Assembly (NCBI GenBank): GCA_002269645.1
Contig: NIVC01003520.1
Span: 29,229 to 93,228, forward strand
Direction of reading: 5' to 3'
Source of the DNA: Macrostomum lignano
Lineage: Eukaryota
Length of the DNA: 64,000 nt
Shown here piece by piece: positions 58,740-64,000 of the stretch. Under the pieces are notes generated by a model that was not told the DNA's origin, did no database searches, and was given only the letters and a program-made list of their open reading frames with translations. The translations under genes and the position numbers were made by a program. Within the stretch, counting starts at the first letter, position 1. Every line of letters starts with the position of its first letter.

Positions 58740-58985
58740 TTCACGTCCTCCATAATCCCATTAAATCCATCCATATTATCCCTGACAGAATCAGAAAAAA
58801 GGGGGGTCGCACTCGCTCCGAAAACGTCCTCCATAATCCACCTAAATCCATCCATATTATCCCCGACAGAATCAGAAAAAAAGGGGGGTCGCACTCGCTC
58901 ACAAAACATCCTCCATAATCCTATTAAATCCATCCATATTATCCCTGACAGAATCAGAGCATTATCCCTGACAGAATCAGAGCAT
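58740..58985. repeat. Subterminal ~81-82-bp direct repeats (about 2.5 copies) of the viral element
   Basis: CGTCCTCCATAATCC..AAATCCATCCATATTATCCC..ACAGAATCAG..GGGGGGTCGCACTCGCTC at 58744, 58825 and 58907. Confidence 0.85.
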
Positions 58986-59182
58986 AACAGTAGGACACCT
59001 GTTATGCTCACTGACACTGACATAATCCACTGACATCCACCCATAGCATCTTCGAAACAATCAGAAAACAATCTGCATTCTTCTCCCCACATTCAATCCG
59101 CAACGTGCTACCAGATCCCAAGGACTTTAAATCATCAGCGCAGGGTCCTTACCCTTTGAAAAAATCTAAATTTTCTCTAAAA

Positions 59183-59422
59183 ATGTTTCCAGTTGTCTCT
59201 CCAGGTTCTTATTACAAAGCGCATGAGCCTAATTTCAAGAGCAAGTACCGATGCAAACTTGAATGCAGCGAGTACATGAGAAAATATTGGCCCGGCGTTG
59301 ATATCAATGCCTCTAATATTAATCAAGCTCTCCAAAGACACTGGTTTCTTAAGTATGGAGTAACCTACGTAAAAGATTTTGACAGCTATTATAACTTTGC
59401 TGAAGTTATAAGGCAGTTGTAG
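59183..59422 (+). CDS. Small hypothetical protein (79 aa) of the viral element
   Basis: AAAAATG start; MFPVVSPGSYYKAHEPNFKSKYRCKLECSEYMRKYW..QRHWFLKYG; convergent with the penton gene. Confidence 0.55.
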   Translation: MFPVVSPGSYYKAHEPNFKSKYRCKLECSEYMRKYWPGVDINASNINQALQRHWFLKYGVTYVKDFDSYYNFAEVIRQL

Positions 59423-59483
59423 TAGCCAACTACAAGGATGTACCTGGCGGCTTATATCGTAATTTTACAAGTCTGAAGACGAC

Positions 59484-60341
59484 TCACATTCTCTCAATAA
59501 TAATTGTTAGCACAAACTCTTCCCCGTTAAAATCGACACCAACGCCATCCTCTGTTTCAAACTGCAGAATGATTTCATGTATCTCTCTATTACTCAGAAT
59601 CACTCTTTTCACGGGGTTTGGCTTTTGCACAAGCATTTTGCCACCAGCAACAGAGTTTGAAATGTTAAAAAGTATGTTGGTTCGTTTGCCTTTGAATATC
59701 CAATCATGGCTCAGATTGCTGCGAATTAATATATTCAAACCTTTGACAATGTCAGCGATATTTGGCGCCAAGTACATACCGGATATTAGCCGGGACACAG
59801 CAACAGTGCCAGGCGCCTGCAGCGGGCTTTGGTCTGTGGCGCCACCATAAACTCTCTTTTCAAATCCCAACTCGCGATACCAAGTGTCATCTTTAAACTC
59901 TACCTCTGCGTCCTTATGAACTTGCAAGACAACTCTCATGACAGTTAGATCATAAGTTAATCTAACAGGGAACAGTTTATTTTCTGGTTTGCTTTCATCC
60001 GGTATCTCAAAATGCTTTCGTTTAGTGAAGACGTTCTCCAAGAAGTAATTATAAGTATCCACGCTCTGTGTGCTGACAGGAAATATCACAACCTCTGTTG
60101 TAGTACGCTTCCATTTGTAATAAAACTTGTTATTTTCCGCTGTCACATTGGGAACATTTGACCACCCAGTGAAATCATTGAGATAGACGTGGTAATTCGC
60201 CTCGGGATCCAAACGAAGTGGTTGCTCCAATTTTTGAATGAAGATTCCGTTTGACTCAGTAATGCGACCCGCTACAGTGATTGGAATGCTCTCCTTAGAG
60301 TGTGAAACAATGTTGTTCAGTCTTTCGGCTATGGCTTCCAT
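59484..60341 (-). CDS. Minor capsid protein (penton, single jelly-roll) of Polinton/adintovirus type, 285 aa
   Basis: PLRLD..YHVYL..FTGWSNVPNVTAENNKFYY, ELGF, NILFNI, C-terminal IILQFETEDGVGVDFNGEEFVLTIII; pattern typical of Polinton penton. Confidence 0.82.
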   Translation of the reverse strand: MEAIAERLNNIVSHSKESIPITVAGRITESNGIFIQKLEQPLRLDPEANYHVYLNDFTGWSNVPNVTAENNKFYYKWKRTTTEVVIFPVSTQSVDTYNYFLENVFTKRKHFEIPDESKPENKLFPVRLTYDLTVMRVVLQVHKDAEVEFKDDTWYRELGFEKRVYGGATDQSPLQAPGTVAVSRLISGMYLAPNIADIVKGLNILIRSNLSHDWIFKGKRTNILFNISNSVAGGKMLVQKPNPVKRVILSNREIHEIILQFETEDGVGVDFNGEEFVLTIIIERM

Positions 60342-60363
60342 TTTTTTATTGAAAAAAAATTGT

Positions 60364-60963
60364 TCAAACTTTACTAGACGAGTTATTGATCATATTGACC
60401 TTGATCTTCCTCTCAAATGCATAGATAATAAACAGATCAACAGCCGTTGCGGCACCAAATTCTTTCCGCTCGATATTAGTCACAATGTTAACAGGGCTAT
60501 TGTCTGTAGGCATTTGTCTAGCAGTCACATCAACACCAAATATTGGATATAGTTTTTTATACTGCAAGGTTGTCAAAACAATACCGTTATTCTCTTTGAC
60601 AGCCAAGTCCGACAGTTCATTGTAAAACTTACTAATCTTGTTCTCCGAGAAATTTCCATTTTGTGGCAATGCAGGGTATAAATTGTCACTGATCTCATGC
60701 TGAATCGATCGAATGTTTCCATGTAGATATCTACCTACATTAGTTGTATTCCTCATAGTGACAATAATGTACCTTGGATTGCTACAGGAGCCTTCTTTAA
60801 TGCAAATATTGTGTCTTGCGTCATTCCGCTCATCTCTGCACATATAAGCTGTATAAGCAATATCAATGTCTTTCTCAATCGCCTTCAAGTATTCAGCTTT
60901 GAGTGCAGTCTTGGGCTCAATAATTTCTAAGTACAGCTCCACGCTAGTTAGCTTAATCTCCAT
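60364..60963 (-). pseudogene. C-terminal half of a double jelly-roll major capsid protein (hexon-like), 5' half missing
   Basis: IKLTSVELYL..NPRYIIV..NLYP..NF....FYNEL..YPIFGVDVTARQ..VNI matches the second jelly-roll of Polinton MCPs. Only 199 aa; the upstream frame closes after ~20 codons. Confidence 0.72.
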
Positions 60964-61058
60964 CGATGTATGATTGGCCCCCGACCAAATTCCTCTGTTC
61001 CGATTTAGACTAATTAGACTAGACTAACATTTAGACTAAAAATAAAATAAAATAAAAA

Positions 61059-62273
61059 ATGAAGCGAAAAAGTACACAGCAGATATCTGAATTGGAGAAG
61101 CTAGCACAAGCAGAGAAACGAGTTACCGGGCTAATAAATAAGGAGCAACAATCCCACAATGAGTTTGTCCAAGCAGCCACCGAATTTCACAAACCCGGAT
61201 ACACAGAAGCGAAGAAAAACCTCGACACTGTGAAGGAAGCAGTTGATGATATTCAAGAGAGCCACTTGCAAAACACATTGGGTAAAATCCCATCTTCACC
61301 AGGACAACCACAGGCTCAGCAACCAGGACAACCAGTGCAGATGAAAGTGACGGATAACTTTTTTGGCCCCGTAACGGATGATGGAAAATATATATTTGGA
61401 ATTAGCGCCTGGCGAAAAAATATCACCGGGGAACCGGCGGATTACAACATTGAAGTGACGAAGGAAACTATTTCAATCAATAAAGGCGCAGAAACTAAAC
61501 GAATCCCCTTCACTCAAAGTTTACTCGACTACATGACTAAAAATCAGGAAAAAATATCCGAGAAGCAATTAAAGAATTATAGAGATCTGGTTACCTTCGC
61601 TTTAGAGAGGGACATAGACATTCTCAAGAACAACGGTGTTTTGAAAGTTTTACATGAAAACAGGATTGACTTGAACAGGTTTAGAAAATACAAATACTTT
61701 AAACAATGGTTTGGTTTGCCGGATCAAGAAGAGGTCATAAGACAACAACCACAACAACCACAGCCACAACAGCAGCAACCACAACAGCAGCAACCAAAAC
61801 AACAACTACAACAACCACAACAGCAGCAACCACAAACACAACCACAACCACAACAACCTCCACCGCCACAGCAACAAATCACACCCGAACAAGTACTAGA
61901 AGCGCTTGAAAAAGCAGGGCCAAATGAGATTTCCCAGTACAGAAACCAGCGCCCAGATGAATGGCGACAATTAGAGCGGCTCTACCCAGAACGAATGAAG
62001 CGAATCAATGACAGAGTATTCACACCTCAACAAAGACAAGCGCCACATGACAGTTCCTCCTCTGACCAATCATTCGAATCACCTCCAAGCTCTTCCGGAA
62101 AAGGCATGCCTGAATTCTACAAGCGGTTAGCTGTTCTTCTAGGAGCGGCAAAGACCGGAATGAAAGACGAGAATAGAAAAGAATTTGTCAACATCCTGGA
62201 CAAAATGCTTGAGAGAAAATATATCGATAAAAGAGCAAGAGAACTTTTGCTTTCACGGTTTAACAAAAAATAA
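61059..62273 (+). CDS. Polinton PZ/Tlr6F-like protein with a Gln/Pro-rich insert, 404 aa
   Basis: Central FGPVTDDGKYIFG..IPFTQSLLDY..YRDLV and C-terminal EFYKRLAVLLGAAKTG..EFVNILDKMLERKYI, similar to the Polinton PZ motif RLxLL...AGN...EI..I..L. Confidence 0.62.
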   Translation: MKRKSTQQISELEKLAQAEKRVTGLINKEQQSHNEFVQAATEFHKPGYTEAKKNLDTVKEAVDDIQESHLQNTLGKIPSSPGQPQAQQPGQPVQMKVTDNFFGPVTDDGKYIFGISAWRKNITGEPADYNIEVTKETISINKGAETKRIPFTQSLLDYMTKNQEKISEKQLKNYRDLVTFALERDIDILKNNGVLKVLHENRIDLNRFRKYKYFKQWFGLPDQEEVIRQQPQQPQPQQQQPQQQQPKQQLQQPQQQQPQTQPQPQQPPPPQQQITPEQVLEALEKAGPNEISQYRNQRPDEWRQLERLYPERMKRINDRVFTPQQRQAPHDSSSSDQSFESPPSSSGKGMPEFYKRLAVLLGAAKTGMKDENRKEFVNILDKMLERKYIDKRARELLLSRFNKK

Positions 62274-62289
62274 ATTTCTATTTAAAAAG

Positions 62290-62670
62290 ATGCCAATTAT
62301 TTTCGAAAAAGACATTGACAAATACTACGACAAAGAGGAACTTAATCTCATTAAACGCGGATCTGGACTTTTCCCTGCAGGCCACTATCCAAGAAAAGAA
62401 CGCTCAGGGAACGGTCTTGCTGATTTGATCGCTCAAGGGGCCAAGATTTTTAAGGTCATTGGAGAGAACAAAGAGAACATCAAGAACGTTGCCGAAGCGG
62501 CTGGCAGTGTAGCCACAGCAGCCAAAAAGATAAAGGATACGGTTCATGAAACCCGGAAATCAATACCAGATATTCAACCCCTTGCACCGAGTGCAGATAG
62601 TGTCGATCCAGCCATCTACGCAAAGATGAGAGCTGAATATAAGAAAGGAGGCGGTTTTAAATTTGACTAA
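62290..62670 (+). CDS. Small basic virion-core/pX-like protein with glycine cleavage-type motifs, 126 aa
   Basis: LIKRGSGL, SGNGLADLIAQGAKIFKVIGENK (amphipathic helix), C-terminal KKGGGF. Confidence 0.5.
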   Translation: MPIIFEKDIDKYYDKEELNLIKRGSGLFPAGHYPRKERSGNGLADLIAQGAKIFKVIGENKENIKNVAEAAGSVATAAKKIKDTVHETRKSIPDIQPLAPSADSVDPAIYAKMRAEYKKGGGFKFD

Positions 62671-62866
62671 TTTGGTGCACCCTGACGGTAAAAGAGGTGT
62701 GAGGGTGTAGGACTAGTCGGATGTAGGACTAGTCGAAAAAAGACACACACAACCCGAAAAAAGACACACACATCCCGCAAAGAGACACACACATACACAT
62801 CCCGAAAAAAGACACACGCGTCTTAAATACACAAGTTTAAAAAGAAAAAGTTTTTTTACATAAAAA

Positions 62867-63666
62867 ATGGACTTCACAAACGACTTTCATCCCACTGGAC
62901 ACGCAATCAGATAAAATTTGCTCACAACGAGATAATTCCAGGGCACTTCCGATGCATTGTTGTTGGCTCATCTGGGTCAGGGAAAACCTTCAGAGTTTTT
63001 AACATGCTCCTCAGACCTGGATTCCTCGATTATGACACACCACATATCTATTCACCCACTCTGTATCAAGATGAGTATAAAATGCTAGTAGCGGGCCTAC
63101 AGAACAAACTCAACAAGGAAGATATTATTCAATGTTTTAGACATCAAAAAGACCTCAACAGCAACCCGGAAGTTGTAGCCACTGAATACGCAAAGCACAT
63201 CCCAGACAATGAAAAATGGCAAAATATTAAAGTTTTCACTTATGGAGATCCACAGATAGATCCTAAAACTAAACTCTTACCTCAACCTGATGAACTAGAA
63301 AAGGGGAGAAAGCACCTGATTGTCTTTGATGACTGCATGACCGGTCCCCAGAAACAGATAGAAAATTATTTCACCCGGGGTAGACACAATAACTGCAATG
63401 TTATTTACATTGCCCAAAACTGGTTTGAACTGCCAAATAAAACAATTAGAGGTAACTGTAATTTGATTCTCCTTTTCCCAACCATACCACAGGATCGACT
63501 GAAACGATTTTATAATGAAGTCATTGCCCCAGCTCACATTACATATCCAGCTAAGAACTCTAACAGAACAATATCACAGGAGGAATTTGTTAACATATGC
63601 TATGAAAAGTGGAACCAACCTTATCAGTTTGTCATGATTAATAAGGAGAAAAGAATTTTAATTTAA
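62867..63666 (+). CDS. A32-like (FtsK-HerA superfamily) DNA packaging ATPase with a 1-nt frameshift near the N-terminus
   Basis: ATG at 62867; frameshift at TTT 62885-62887; Walker A GSSGSGKT (62965-62988); Walker B HLIVFDD; RGRHNNCNVIYIAQ motif. Confidence 0.88.
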
Positions 63667-63682
63667 TTTTTCATTTAAAAAA

Positions 63683-64000
63683 ATGTCTATTAATTTTGCA
63701 GGTGAGTCAACTACAAGCAACAGCACTCTCACAACTTCCTTCCTTGATAAGCGCTACATTAACACTGATGAAGAGATCCCAGAGATCAAACTGAATAAAA
63801 CAGACTGAAAGCCCTAGAGCGCTCCATGCACACAGTTGCAAATGAACATGGAAGATCTCAGGCTTAAAGTAGCTAGACAGAAGTTTGACAGTGATAAGCT
63901 TTATGTGCCGTTGTTAAACGCAACTAATGAACTAAGGTCAGAAATAACTTCGATAGTCTCGCTAATCAACAGCTTAAGATCGACAATTAATCTTCTGAGA
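63683..64000 (+). pseudogene. Next viral ORF, frameshifted, running off the window edge
   Basis: AAAAAAATG start, MSINFAGE..FLDKRYINTD. After frame changes a coiled-coil-like stretch MEDLRLKVARQKF..NELRSEITSIVSLINSLRSTINLLR is open to the end. Confidence 0.4.

Larger units (their letters stand above)
58704..64000. mobile_element. Endogenous Polinton/Maverick (adintovirus-like) viral element, left portion
   Basis: Dense, intron-less ORFs with A-rich starts (AAAAATG): penton, major-capsid C-half, PZ-like, pX-like and A32-type ATPase. Starts with AGTAG and ~82-bp subterminal repeats. Polymerase, integrase and protease genes are not in the window. Confidence 0.85.

Noticed and set aside
58682-59092. 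ORFs across the subterminal repeats
   Set aside because: Products mirror the 82-bp repeat and have no plausible start context; more likely non-coding terminal sequence.

Overview
Intron-rich animal genomic DNA with GC-rich exons, AT-rich spacers and a different minisatellite in most long introns. The style suggests a Macrostomum-like flatworm, but the organism cannot be proven from sequence alone. From left to right the window holds: (1) a 3'-truncated DIRS/Ngaro-like RT-RNaseH retroelement remnant (1-2180); (2) three divergent paralogs of an unrecognised ~150-165 aa secreted protein (5487-11856), two of which get their start codon from an exon ending in ATG; (3) a full-length RTE-like non-LTR retrotransposon with an 11-bp TSD (12231-15318, minus strand); (4) the housekeeping genes NAA50, INTS2 and PRPF6 (+) and a TMEM184-family gene (-); (5) a 7-exon type-I receptor gene I reconstructed by hand (signal peptide, degenerate F-type-lectin-like domain, Ig domain, TM, Tyr-motif tail; 50908-57320); (6) the probable left end of an endogenous Polinton/adintovirus-like virus (58704 to beyond 64000) with penton, truncated major capsid, PZ/Tlr6F-like, pX-like and A32-type ATPase genes. 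All exon models were read by eye using GT/AG sites and reading-frame phase. No database searches were run.
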